DNA from: Bacteroidota bacterium | GTDB lineage: Bacteria > Bacteroidota > Bacteroidia > Bacteroidales > UBA12481 | Assembly (NCBI GenBank): GCA_018669475.1 | Contig: JABHCC010000032.1 | Coordinates: 6,058 to 70,057 of the forward strand | Length of the DNA stretch: 64,000 nucleotides | Direction: 5' to 3' | In this document: one piece after another, positions 40,300 through 50,278 of the stretch | How the letters are laid out: every line of letters begins with the position of its first letter | Position numbering within the stretch: the stretch's first letter is position 1 | The notes under the pieces: model-generated | What the model was told of the DNA's origin: nothing | Seen by the model: only the letters and a program-made list of their open reading frames with translations | Database searches by the model: none | Made by a program: the position numbers and the translations under genes

Positions 40300-41946
40300 T
40301 TATGAATCGGTAATTTTCATTGTAGCCACATAATAATCTTTATCCACTTCTACTTTTTCAATAGATTCTTCCAAATCTAAGCTAGTCCATCTTTTACCCG
40401 GGACTAAGACCCTGGGCTCTCCGTTTATCCATACTTTCACCGGAATAGTAAAGCCTTGTATACAATTGGCCCAACGGTATCTCATATCTCCGTCTACAAG
40501 TCCGTATTCAAAAGTTGGGATAGTTGTGTTGCGTAAATATTGATCGAAAAAAAGCTTCAGGTCTAAGCCCAGCTCAGCGCTGATATAATCTTCTACCTGC
40601 TTACCAGTAACCGTTTGATGGTAAAAATCTTTATTCAAACCACGTAGAACAGATCGCCATTTTTCATCATTATCGACAATTTGACGTAAGGTATGCAACA
40701 TGTTGGCTCCTTTTGAATACATATCCCCCGAACCGGAATGATTCACGTCATAATGCCCAATAATCGGACGATCATTAGCAATGTTTAAACGTGTGCCGCG
40801 ACAATAAGCAGCTCCAGCCTTCTTGCCAAAGAAATAATCTACATACAGGCTCTCTGAGTAGGCAATAAAACTTTCATGCACCCACATATCAGCAATATCT
40901 TTGTAGGTAACATTATTTGCAAACCATTCATGACCCGATTCATGCACAAGAATAAAATCGAAGAGCATACCATATCCTGTACTGCTCACATCACGTCCGC
41001 CATATCCGTTCTTATAGCCATTCCCATATGTTACCGAACTCTGATGCTCCATTCCCGGATAAGGCACCTCAACAAGCTTGTAACTATCCTCATAAAAAGG
41101 ATATGGGCCAAACCAGTACTCAAAAGCCTCCAGCATCTTGTGAGCTTGCTTGAAATGCTTCCGGGCTTTGACCAGGTTGTCCTTCAAAACCCAGTAGTCA
41201 CAGTCTAAGTCACCCTTCTCTCCCTGAAAAGTATCAGAGAAATGAACGTAGTCGCCAATATTGATATTGACGCCATAATTGTTTATCGGATTACTTACAA
41301 ACCAATGGTAAGTACTGCTATGATCTGCGTGCCGGTCAATAGTCCTTAGTCGTCCGTTAGAAACATTAATGAGAGGATCCGGAACCCTGATACTCATCAA
41401 CATGCTATCAGGTTCGTCATACATATGATCCTTACAGGGCCACCACAAACTGGCACCATCTCCCTGGTTGGCATTGGCTACAAAATGATATCCATTTGAA
41501 TCATATTTCCAGGCAATTCCACCATCCCATGGCGGGCGTAAATTAACCTTTGGTTTTCCTTCATAAAACACTGTTAGCTCTTTATACGTACCAGGTGCTT
41601 GTCGAGAAATCAAATTAATAAACCAGGCATTTCCGTCGCGTACAAAGTCTAAGGACTGACCATCCTGCTCAATTTTAGTAATAAGCATTGGCTTTTGAAG
41701 ATCAATCTGCATCTTTTGATTGTCAGTCAAAACAGTATACCCGATCAGGTTTTGTCCATGCAGAGAGCTATCCTCCGGATTTACACTGATCTTCAAATGA
41801 TAATAATTCAAATCCCACCAGGCTCTTTCAGTAGTAATACTACCGCGCAAAGTATCTTGTCGTGTATATCCTGCCGGATGGTTTTGTGCCGATACCATAC
41901 CAGATATCAAAACTACCAGAGTAAGAAAGCTTAAAAGTGTTTTCAT
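40300..41946 (-). CDS. Secreted M1-family zinc metallopeptidase (aminopeptidase N-like)
   Basis: HESGHEW...(18 aa)...E zinc-binding signature (HEXXH-X18-E) and a GMEH (GAMEN-like) exopeptidase motif. The start is taken at MKTLLSF, a signal peptide. Confidence 0.8.
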   Translation of the reverse strand: MKTLLSFLTLVVLISGMVSAQNHPAGYTRQDTLRGSITTERAWWDLNYYHLKISVNPEDSSLHGQNLIGYTVLTDNQKMQIDLQKPMLITKIEQDGQSLDFVRDGNAWFINLISRQAPGTYKELTVFYEGKPKVNLRPPWDGGIAWKYDSNGYHFVANANQGDGASLWWPCKDHMYDEPDSMLMSIRVPDPLINVSNGRLRTIDRHADHSSTYHWFVSNPINNYGVNINIGDYVHFSDTFQGEKGDLDCDYWVLKDNLVKARKHFKQAHKMLEAFEYWFGPYPFYEDSYKLVEVPYPGMEHQSSVTYGNGYKNGYGGRDVSSTGYGMLFDFILVHESGHEWFANNVTYKDIADMWVHESFIAYSESLYVDYFFGKKAGAAYCRGTRLNIANDRPIIGHYDVNHSGSGDMYSKGANMLHTLRQIVDNDEKWRSVLRGLNKDFYHQTVTGKQVEDYISAELGLDLKLFFDQYLRNTTIPTFEYGLVDGDMRYRWANCIQGFTIPVKVWINGEPRVLVPGKRWTSLDLEESIEKVEVDKDYYVATMKITDS

Positions 41947-42128
41947 CCGTATACGTGTTAAAATATTTTTCCTTTTGTCTTGCTCGGTACATAAATACAA
42001 ATATAATTGATTTCAACTCAGGTATTCTTTTTGACTAATGCCACAATTATATGCCTATAAAAATCCGAATAAATTATAGTTTTGCTAAATATGTTTCTCT
42101 GAGATTTTAATAATAAAAAGAAGAAGGC

Positions 42129-43607
42129 TTGATGAAGAAAGGAAGATTTCAGCATATTAAACGACTGCTTGGTTTATGTTTTATTCTCCTCACAGGAATT
42201 TCTGCTTATTGTCAGTCATTACATGAACACGAATTCAGAACCCGTTCTGATAAGAATAAAAAACCACCTATCCCTGAATATGTAAATCAGGAAATCATCC
42301 CTTTACAGGCTCGAACAGGAGGAGAACTGACAAAGGCTGTTTTCGGATATTTCCCCGAATGGGAATACAATAAAGCTCGTGATTATATCCAGTATGACCT
42401 ATTGAGTCATATCTGTTTATTTTCATTCGAGCTAAAAAAAGACGGATCTATGACCCCTCCATCCTACTGGCCGTGGACCGATGTGATTAACAAAGCTCAT
42501 GAGAATGGTGTAAAAGTGGTAATATCGATTGTGAATTATGATTCTGAAGAGTTTTACGATTTCTTACTGGATTCGCATGCCCGTAAAACTTTTTACAATG
42601 ATTTAGAGCTCTTAGTCAGAGATAACCACCTGGATGGCGTCAATATTGATTTTGAACACTTGCCAATTCCTAATCGTAATAACATGCTGAATGATTTTCT
42701 TCTTGAGATGCATGATTTATTAAACCTCATCACTCCCGGAGCTGAAGTCTCATTTGCAGGTCCGGCAATAAATGCAGGAGGTTGGGATTTTGTCGGACTG
42801 GCAGCTTCATGTGATTATATTTTTATAATGGGCTATGATTTCAAGGGTGGCTGGAGCGATAATGCCGGACCAAGCTCACCCCTAACAGGAGGTTACTATA
42901 ACTTAACACGTACTCTTGAAAAAGAATATGAAGATGTAGTCTCTACAAATCCTGAGAAACTCATACTTGGTGTCCCGTATTTTGGCAATAAATGGATTAC
43001 AAACAGTATCGATGCAAAATCTGGAGTTGTTGAGCATGTGCGAGCATACAGATACAGAGACTTAATCATTGAAGGATTAAGCAGTGGCATGCTTTGGCAC
43101 GACGACAGCAATACATCATGGTATATAAAAATAGGAGGAGACAATACCATTTATCAAACCTGGTTCGACACTCGCCAAAGCCTGGCACTCAAGTATGACC
43201 TGGCCGATTCGTATGATATAAAAGGAGTTGGTATTTGGGCCCTGGGATACGACAGGGATCACCCTGAACTCTGGAATGAACTACGATCAAGGTATTTAGA
43301 TACCTCATCAAAAACTGTAGAATCAGCTAAACAAAAATCTGAGTTTAACATATATCCCAATCCTTTTGTGTCCTTATCAAATATTAGCTTTAATCTCATT
43401 GAAGGAGGATCACTAACTATCAGAATATATAATCAACAAGGGAAACTTGTAGCACAAGTTGCACGTGGACACTTTGAGCCGGGTAAACATTCTATCTCTA
43501 AATGGGGAAGTGATCTGCCAGTCGGATCCTACTATTGCCAATTCATCCACACCGTGGAAAATACGACCCATTCTCACGTCAAGAGCTTCTTAAAAATCAA
43601 GGAATAA
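42129..43607 (+). CDS. GH18 (chitinase-like) glycoside hydrolase with a T9SS C-terminal sorting domain
   Basis: Signal peptide. The GH18 catalytic motif is LDGVNIDFEH (a D-G-x-N-x-D-x-E variant). The C-terminus reads FNIYPNPFVSLSNISFNL...GSYYCQFIH. Confidence 0.7.
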   Translation: MMKKGRFQHIKRLLGLCFILLTGISAYCQSLHEHEFRTRSDKNKKPPIPEYVNQEIIPLQARTGGELTKAVFGYFPEWEYNKARDYIQYDLLSHICLFSFELKKDGSMTPPSYWPWTDVINKAHENGVKVVISIVNYDSEEFYDFLLDSHARKTFYNDLELLVRDNHLDGVNIDFEHLPIPNRNNMLNDFLLEMHDLLNLITPGAEVSFAGPAINAGGWDFVGLAASCDYIFIMGYDFKGGWSDNAGPSSPLTGGYYNLTRTLEKEYEDVVSTNPEKLILGVPYFGNKWITNSIDAKSGVVEHVRAYRYRDLIIEGLSSGMLWHDDSNTSWYIKIGGDNTIYQTWFDTRQSLALKYDLADSYDIKGVGIWALGYDRDHPELWNELRSRYLDTSSKTVESAKQKSEFNIYPNPFVSLSNISFNLIEGGSLTIRIYNQQGKLVAQVARGHFEPGKHSISKWGSDLPVGSYYCQFIHTVENTTHSHVKSFLKIKE

Positions 43608-43623
43608 AAATACTTAGTCCTAC

Positions 43624-44599
43624 TATGTTGCGAAATTTGGGATCTACAAATATTAAAATTGCCCCATTGGTTTTGGGAACTGACAATTTTGCAAATCCTA
43701 CTCCCGAGGTGGAATCTATTGAAATTATCAATCGAGCGCTGGATAGTGGAATCAATATGCTCGATACCAGTAATAGTTATAGCAATGGAGAAAGCGAAAG
43801 GATTATAGGAAAAGCCCTTAAAAAATCCGGCAGGAGAAACGATTGTATAATAGCGACAAAAGTATTCTACCCAACAGGCCCCGGCAAATATGATCAGGGG
43901 CTATCAGGCAAAGCCATAATAAAAGCATGTGAAGACTCTTTAAAGCGATTACAAACCGACTATATAGATCTTTACCAACTGCACCGACCTGATTATAGCA
44001 TTCCACAAGAAGAAAGCCTAAAAGCTCTGGCACAATTACAAAAGGAAGGAAAAATACGGCACATAGGTAGCTCCACAGCTCCCACTCCGAGAGTTTTGGA
44101 AGGATTAATGATTAGCCGTGACAAAGGCTATCCTGAATTCATTACTGAACAACCACCCTACAATCTTCTCGATCGCAGTATTGAAAATGAACTCCTGCCG
44201 ATGTGCATATCTCATAATCTGGGAGTCATCACCTGGTCACCATTGGCCATGGGAATACTGGCCGGCAGATATACCGATTATCATACCCGGCCAAAAGATT
44301 CACGCTCCGTCTTAAGAGGAGGTATTTACGCTGATCGAATCACCCAGAAAGGAATAGATAAAGGCAATCAATTCATCAGACTTGCAAGGCAATACAACTA
44401 TAATCCAGCGCAAATGGCTCTTTTATGGGTTAAAGATCAACAAGGTATTACTGCTCCCATAATGGGTCCCAGAACTCTTGATCAATTGAATGATTTTCTA
44501 CCAGTTGCAGAAATGACCCTGCCGGATGAGATCCGAGCTGCATGTGATGATATTGTCGCACCAGGGACATCAGTGGCTAACTTTCACAATTCCATGTAA
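43624..44599 (+). CDS. Aldo/keto reductase family oxidoreductase
   Basis: AKR motifs (LDTSNSYSNGESERIIG, IATKV, catalytic Y/K/H context). The start is taken at MLRNLGST. Confidence 0.85.
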
Positions 44600-44616
44600 G
44601 GTGGGAATAAGGAAAC

Positions 44617-44658
44617 CCGATTCCCGATTCCCGATTCCCGATTCCCGATTCCCGATTC
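44617..44658. repeat. (CCCGATT)x6 perfect heptanucleotide tandem repeat
   Basis: Read directly from the sequence. It lies about 55 bp upstream of the rhodanese-CTD gene start. The plus-strand ORF 44526..44717 is an artefact (PDSRFPIPDSRFPI). Confidence 0.9.
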
Positions 44659-44713
44659 CCGATTATTTGCTTTTCCCCCTCCAAATGCTACTTTTATCAT
44701 CTAAACTCATATT

Positions 44714-45394
44714 ATGAAAAAGCTGAGAACCATTCTATCTTTTGCCTTGCTGTGTTTAGCAATCTCTTCCTCAATGGCTCAGAATGATCCGTTTTTATTA
44801 ACTATCAATGTTAATCAGGCTGACTCAATTATTAAAGTCTACAGTGACAGTTCTAATTTTGTTATTCTGGATGTGCGCACACCGGCGGAATTTGAAACCG
44901 GAAGGATTGAGACTGCGATAAACCGCGACTTTTACAATTCAGGGTTTAATGATTCTCTGGCAAAACTTGACAAAAACCTTGTCTATTTAGTGTACTGTCA
45001 TAGCGGTGGAAGAAGTAATGCCGCTTCAAACAAGATGCGAGACACTGGGTTTAAGTATGTTTACAATATGTCTGGAGGAATTACTGCCTGGATTGGTGCT
45101 GGGTATCCGGTAGTTACAGGAGGTACAGGAGTTGACATCATGGAGACCAGTATGGCGGGGGTGCAGTTTTACCCAAATCCGGCAACAATTGATTCCAGAT
45201 TCTATTTGAGTGCTGATACCAAGGCCTCTGTAAGAATAATCATATACAGCCAGATTGGGCAGAAAGTATCTGAACTAACCATAGAACCAGGGGAGTCTGG
45301 AGAATTTGGCCATCAAAAATTATCCAATGGATTATATTTCTATCAGGTTTTCGATAATGAGAAACTTAGCCAAACCGGCAAAATCATAAAATAA
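44714..45394 (+). CDS. Secreted single-domain rhodanese (sulfurtransferase) with a T9SS C-terminal sorting domain
   Basis: Signal peptide, rhodanese active-site loop CHSGGRS and a C-terminal CTD (VQFYPNPATIDSRFYL...NGLYFYQVFDNEKLSQTGKIIK). Confidence 0.75.
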   Translation: MKKLRTILSFALLCLAISSSMAQNDPFLLTINVNQADSIIKVYSDSSNFVILDVRTPAEFETGRIETAINRDFYNSGFNDSLAKLDKNLVYLVYCHSGGRSNAASNKMRDTGFKYVYNMSGGITAWIGAGYPVVTGGTGVDIMETSMAGVQFYPNPATIDSRFYLSADTKASVRIIIYSQIGQKVSELTIEPGESGEFGHQKLSNGLYFYQVFDNEKLSQTGKIIK

Positions 45395-45396
45395 AC

Positions 45397-45431
45397 TGAA
45401 AACTGAAAACTGATAACTGATAACTGATAAC
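45397..45431. repeat. Heptanucleotide tandem repeat (ACTGAAA)x2(ACTGATA)x3
   Basis: Fills the entire gap between the convergent rhodanese and CsgG-like genes. Confidence 0.85.
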
Positions 45432-47254
45432 TATAAGGCTAATTTGTTTAGTGGAATCCTGTAACCTATTAATGCTCCAATTCGATTAAATCCCCAGCCC
45501 GTTATTTCATGTGACCAGGTCGGGTCTGACATGGCTTCGATATCTGAATGAGCACCCCATCCGACAGCTACTTCGAAAAATAATCCACCCATGTCGGCTC
45601 CCATGAATACCTCCGGACCTCCTCCGGCTAAGTCACTGTTTATCAACTTGTATTTGATACCAAAATAAGGATCAAAACCCTTGTAATCAAAAGATTTTCG
45701 CATAGGATTCACTCCTAAAAGAAATTCACCTGAGAAGTTATTGGCAAAAAGCATATTTCCGTCGGAATCATTATACCCAATAAGTCCGAACTGTCCTCTG
45801 AGTCCAAGCCATAGCACGTGATTAATCCAATCAGCGTTTTTAAAATTTGGATAATACTCCAGTCCAAGATCCAGATGTATGAGGGCATCTGACCATACTC
45901 CATAAATATTAATTCCGCTTGTTAAGCGAAATGGAGTGTAATGCATTAAACGCCCTTTGTAAATAATATTATTTTGGATATCTCTTCCCAGTACTACTCC
46001 ATTCAGATCAGCTAGCGCAGCATCAAATTCCACTGATTGAATCTTCAATAATCCAACCCTGCTAATTCCGGTCACCTTACTTTTGCCAGTAATGGAAGAG
46101 ACAGTCTCTTTTGGAAGGGTGATCAGGAAAGAATGCCCCTTTACAACACCTTCATCCGAGCCACCACCAATAACCGCTACAGGAGCACCATCTGTACCCT
46201 GCCTGATATCCATTATGGCCAGGTTTTCTCCTCTATCTTTTTTTTTTGATTTCTTAAGTTCTATTACTGTACCCTGAAAGTTCTTTGTTTTTATTTTACC
46301 CTCAAAGTAGTCAGCAAGATATTGAGCCGCATTCAATAAGGCAAGTTGTGATGCCTTACCGGTAATTGTATTCTTAAAATCAGTGGCTCCACCATTAAGT
46401 GTAACTCCACCAAGCACGCCACTCTCCAGGTTGATCTGATTTTTTCCTTCAGCCTTTGCCATCTCAGAACAAATGAAGATTACCTCTCCTGTACTGACAT
46501 CAATAATCTTAAGTGTAAATTTAACTAAAGCCTCTAACTCCTTTACTTTCAGGTCAGGAACCAGGTTTTTAACAATCATGGCTCCCTGGCCCCCAGTAGC
46601 TGCAGTGGCTATGGCTTTTAAAGGTATTCCGGTAGATTTCACTACCACATCAGGAGGAAAAGCAGATCCAACTATCAAATAATCTACTCCGGTTGTCTTG
46701 GATTCTGACCCATTATTCTTCAAGCCAAGCTCGAACTGTTGCAAGTCAAATGTCTCACGGTCAAGTATTCTGAACCGATCAAGTTTGAATAACTCCTCAG
46801 TAAGCAAATCACCCATGTATGATCCCAGCATCCCCTTAGGTCCGCCGACAATATTCATCGGAGGAATCACAATGAACTTCTTGATCATTGATTCACTTAT
46901 CTCAGATGCCTCCATCGTAAATACTTTCATACCCACCTTGAGCAAAGAGAAAGATTCAATAGGATAAGCCTCACCAACTGAGTAGGAATCTGCTACTTCT
47001 GTAATAGTAATATTTGAAATTATTTCATCCTTCTTTTGAATTTTTTCACCGGTAACCGGATGTATAATTACCTCGCCTGGTGTAATAACTTTGACTAAAT
47101 CACCTTTGGTAACCTGACCTTTTTTAAGATCAAGAGTTACTTTATCTTCTCCAAGTGCAATAATGTAACCCTGAATACTATTCTCCTGAGCTTTCAAATT
47201 CAGGTATAAGGATAGCAATATTACTACTAAAAGACTGGTTTTTAAGACTTTCAT
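45431..47254 (-). CDS. Secreted CsgG/LpoB-like domain protein (hypothetical)
   Basis: Signal peptide. The segment SYMGDLLTEELFKLDRFRILDRETFDLQQFELGL resembles the CsgG-family core. The C-terminal region is beta-rich. Confidence 0.4.
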   Translation of the reverse strand: MKVLKTSLLVVILLSLYLNLKAQENSIQGYIIALGEDKVTLDLKKGQVTKGDLVKVITPGEVIIHPVTGEKIQKKDEIISNITITEVADSYSVGEAYPIESFSLLKVGMKVFTMEASEISESMIKKFIVIPPMNIVGGPKGMLGSYMGDLLTEELFKLDRFRILDRETFDLQQFELGLKNNGSESKTTGVDYLIVGSAFPPDVVVKSTGIPLKAIATAATGGQGAMIVKNLVPDLKVKELEALVKFTLKIIDVSTGEVIFICSEMAKAEGKNQINLESGVLGGVTLNGGATDFKNTITGKASQLALLNAAQYLADYFEGKIKTKNFQGTVIELKKSKKKDRGENLAIMDIRQGTDGAPVAVIGGGSDEGVVKGHSFLITLPKETVSSITGKSKVTGISRVGLLKIQSVEFDAALADLNGVVLGRDIQNNIIYKGRLMHYTPFRLTSGINIYGVWSDALIHLDLGLEYYPNFKNADWINHVLWLGLRGQFGLIGYNDSDGNMLFANNFSGEFLLGVNPMRKSFDYKGFDPYFGIKYKLINSDLAGGGPEVFMGADMGGLFFEVAVGWGAHSDIEAMSDPTWSHEITGWGFNRIGALIGYRIPLNKLAL

Positions 47255-47324
47255 TTTCCTTAGGCTTAGTCAGTATTTGTCTGATAAAATTGGGAAATTA
47301 TTCCATTATTAGCAATACAAGTCA

Positions 47325-48299
47325 TCAATTGCTTTTTCCAATTTCTAACATGCGTCGGATAGGTTTTTCAGCCACTATACGTAAATTTTCATCCAGATTT
47401 ATCTCAGGAGCATTATACAACAATGCATTATATAACTTTTCCAGGCTATGTAACCTCATGTACTTGCAATCATTACAGGCGCAAGTTGAATCATTTGGAG
47501 GAGCCGGCAACAGGGTTTTTTCCGGATTGGCAAGGCGCATTTGATGGAGAATACCAGATTCAGTTGCAACAATGAAACTATTTCCTTTGTCTGAAGTAAC
47601 AAATTTTAGCAATGCTGATGTTGAACCAATGAAATCAGATACTATCTGTATCGGCTTTTGACACTCAGGATGACATATAATTTTTGCATCGGGATAGTCT
47701 TTCTTCAGATCCAGGATTCTTTCAAGAGAGAACTCCTCATGAACATGGCAGGCTCCATCCCATACAAGCATATTACGACCTGTAAGGCTATTAATATATT
47801 TACCCAAATTGCGATCAGGAGCAAAAATTATTGCCTGATCTTTAGGCAGGCTTTCGATTACATCAACAGCATTAGTGGAAGTACAACAGATATCTGATAA
47901 TTCTTTTATTGCAGCGGTGGTATTTACATAGCTCACCACCAAATGATCGGAATGCTTCTCCCTGAATATCTTAAACTCAGCAGGTGGACATGAGTCAGCC
48001 AATGAGCATCCTGCGTTTAGATCCGGTAGTAAAACCACTTTGTGCGGGGAAAGAATTTTTGCTGTTTCAGCCATGAAATGGACACCAGCAAAAACAATAA
48101 CATCTGCTGTGGTTTCTGCAGCTTTTCTCGATAAATCCAGACTATCTCCAACAAAATCAGCAATATCCTGGATTTTACTGTCTTGATAATAATGGGCCAG
48201 AATTACTGCATTCTTCTCAGCACACATCCTTCTGATTTCAGCAACAATATCCAAATCCGGATTTATTGGTGCATCTACATATCCTTTTTCCAGATTCAT
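47325..48299 (-). CDS. nadA: Quinolinate synthase A
   Basis: ILAHYYQ, VHFMAETAK and CHPECQ motifs, with conserved Cys ligands for the 4Fe-4S cluster. Confidence 0.85.
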   Translation of the reverse strand: MNLEKGYVDAPINPDLDIVAEIRRMCAEKNAVILAHYYQDSKIQDIADFVGDSLDLSRKAAETTADVIVFAGVHFMAETAKILSPHKVVLLPDLNAGCSLADSCPPAEFKIFREKHSDHLVVSYVNTTAAIKELSDICCTSTNAVDVIESLPKDQAIIFAPDRNLGKYINSLTGRNMLVWDGACHVHEEFSLERILDLKKDYPDAKIICHPECQKPIQIVSDFIGSTSALLKFVTSDKGNSFIVATESGILHQMRLANPEKTLLPAPPNDSTCACNDCKYMRLHSLEKLYNALLYNAPEINLDENLRIVAEKPIRRMLEIGKSN

Positions 48300-48368
48300 T
48301 ACATCAAATTTGATTACAAAAGTAAACTATTATCGCATCTGTCAAACAAATGAAACGTAAACCCTTTC

Positions 48369-49175
48369 TTATTTGCGTATCCTTGGATATTGTATTCTGA
48401 ATCCCCTGCCGGATGCATCCTTAACCACCTTTATGGATTCAAAACTAGCCTCAAATGATCCGTTTAAAACCATTTCGTGTGGCTCACCTGCCACTATCCC
48501 TCTATCTGGCTGTATCAGCCAGAGGCAATCGGCAGTTTGCAAGGCCAGGTCAAGATCATGCGTCGTCAAAACAACAGCTTTGTTTGTTTCAAGTGCTAAT
48601 TCCCTCAACAACAACATTGTTTCAATTCGATTTGGAAGATCCAGATGAGCAGTGGGTTCATCAAGCAATATCAGCGGAGTATCCTGGGCCAGTGCTTTAG
48701 CTATCATTGTACGTTGCAGCTCACCATCGCTGAGCTCCTGTACATCTCTTGATCTAAAATCATCCAGACTAACCTGATGTAAGGCTTCCCTGATTTTTTC
48801 TCTGTCCTCATTGCCCATGCGGCCAAGCCAGTTTATATGTGGATATCTACCCATAGAAACCAGGTCATAAACACTGAGATTCTTTACCTGCACTTTTTCT
48901 GTCAGAACGACGCTCATCAGGCGGGCCAGGTGCTTCTGCTGATTAACATTTACCTTTTGTTGGGCTATAATGACATTACCGGATAGTGCTGACTGAATAC
49001 CTGCCAGGGTTCTTAGTAAAGTGGATTTCCCTGATCCGTTTCGTCCAAGAATACATACCACTTGCCCGCGATTGACTGACAAATTCAGATTCGAAAGCAC
49101 AGTATATGGCTTCCCTCCCTGTTTGGGATATCCGATCCCGAGATCTTCTGTGATAAGTATAGCATCCTGATTCAT
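48369..49175 (-). CDS. ABC transporter ATP-binding protein (BtuD/FecE-like, for iron-siderophore/cobalamin importers)
   Basis: Walker A GRNGSGKST, LSDGELQR signature and LLLDEPTAHLD. Confidence 0.85.
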   Translation of the reverse strand: MNQDAILITEDLGIGYPKQGGKPYTVLSNLNLSVNRGQVVCILGRNGSGKSTLLRTLAGIQSALSGNVIIAQQKVNVNQQKHLARLMSVVLTEKVQVKNLSVYDLVSMGRYPHINWLGRMGNEDREKIREALHQVSLDDFRSRDVQELSDGELQRTMIAKALAQDTPLILLDEPTAHLDLPNRIETMLLLRELALETNKAVVLTTHDLDLALQTADCLWLIQPDRGIVAGEPHEMVLNGSFEASFESIKVVKDASGRGFRIQYPRIRK

Positions 49176-49183
49176 AGAACAAA

Positions 49184-50278
49184 CTAATTAGCTAAGCTTC
49201 TTCGTTTTCGTCTGGTAATCACCCAAATAACAACAGGAGCACCAAACAAAGCGGTAACCGAATTAATGGGCAAAACCTGGTTAGATCCAGGCATCTGAGA
49301 TATGATATCACAACATAACATCAAAATACTTCCAATGCAAATAGTTGCTGGAATCAGAATCCTGTGATCAGAGCTTTTGAGCAGGTTTCGTGCCAGATGC
49401 GGAACCGCTACGCCAATAAAGGCAATTGGTCCGGTAAAGGCTGTTAATCCACCAGCAATCACACTTGTCAGAAGAATGATCCACAATCGCGACCTTTTAA
49501 CATCAACACCAATTCCCCTGGCATAATTCTCACCTAACAATAATGCATTCAAAGGCTTTTGCATGAAGAGTGTGAAAAGAATGCCAGTGACAACTATAGG
49601 AGCAAAAATTACAAATTGATTCCAGGTTACTCCTGAAATACTACCAAAAGTCCAAACGAGAAAACTATGAACGGTGTCAGGATCGCTAAAGTATTCCAAT
49701 ACACTTACAATGGCACCAGTAATACTGCCAAACATGATTCCAATTATCAGAATGGAAACTGAATCATTTACTCTGACCGAGACAGCAATGACAAGCATCA
49801 TAACCAGCACCGATCCAAGCATTGAGGCACCTACAAGACCTAAACTTCCGACGAAAGGCATTCCTATTATACTCAGGCCTCCAATACCAGCAGCCATCAC
49901 GAATATAGCAACTCCCAGACTGGCTCCTGAGCTGATCCCCAGAACAAAGGGACCTGCTAAGGGATTCCTGAAAAGGGTTTGCATCATTAATCCGGCTAAT
50001 GATAATCCTGATCCGACCAATATTGCAGTAAGAGCTTTCGGCAGCCTGAAAACCAGCAGGATGTCGCGCAAGTACTCTTCTCCATCCGGCCCTACACTTC
50101 GGATCAGTTTTGCTGGTGAGATCAATACACTTCCCAGCAGCAGATCAAGACAAAATAAAAGCAGAACTCCTGCGATTAGTAAGGTAAAAAACAAGCGTAT
50201 TTTTCTTCTTTGATTCAAACTACTGCAATTTTTTATAATACACCAACTTATGATTTGGCAATACTTCAGGATGGGCAA
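49184..50278 (-). CDS. FecCD/BtuC-family ABC permease
   Basis: About 9 TM helices with a BtuC-like pattern ([34 protein letters not shown]). Confidence 0.85.
   Translation of the reverse strand: [364 protein letters not shown]

Noticed and set aside
44526-44717. ORF 44526..44717 (+), reading PDSRFPIPDSRFPIPD
   Set aside because: It is a translation of the (CCCGATT)6 microsatellite and has no independent coding signal.
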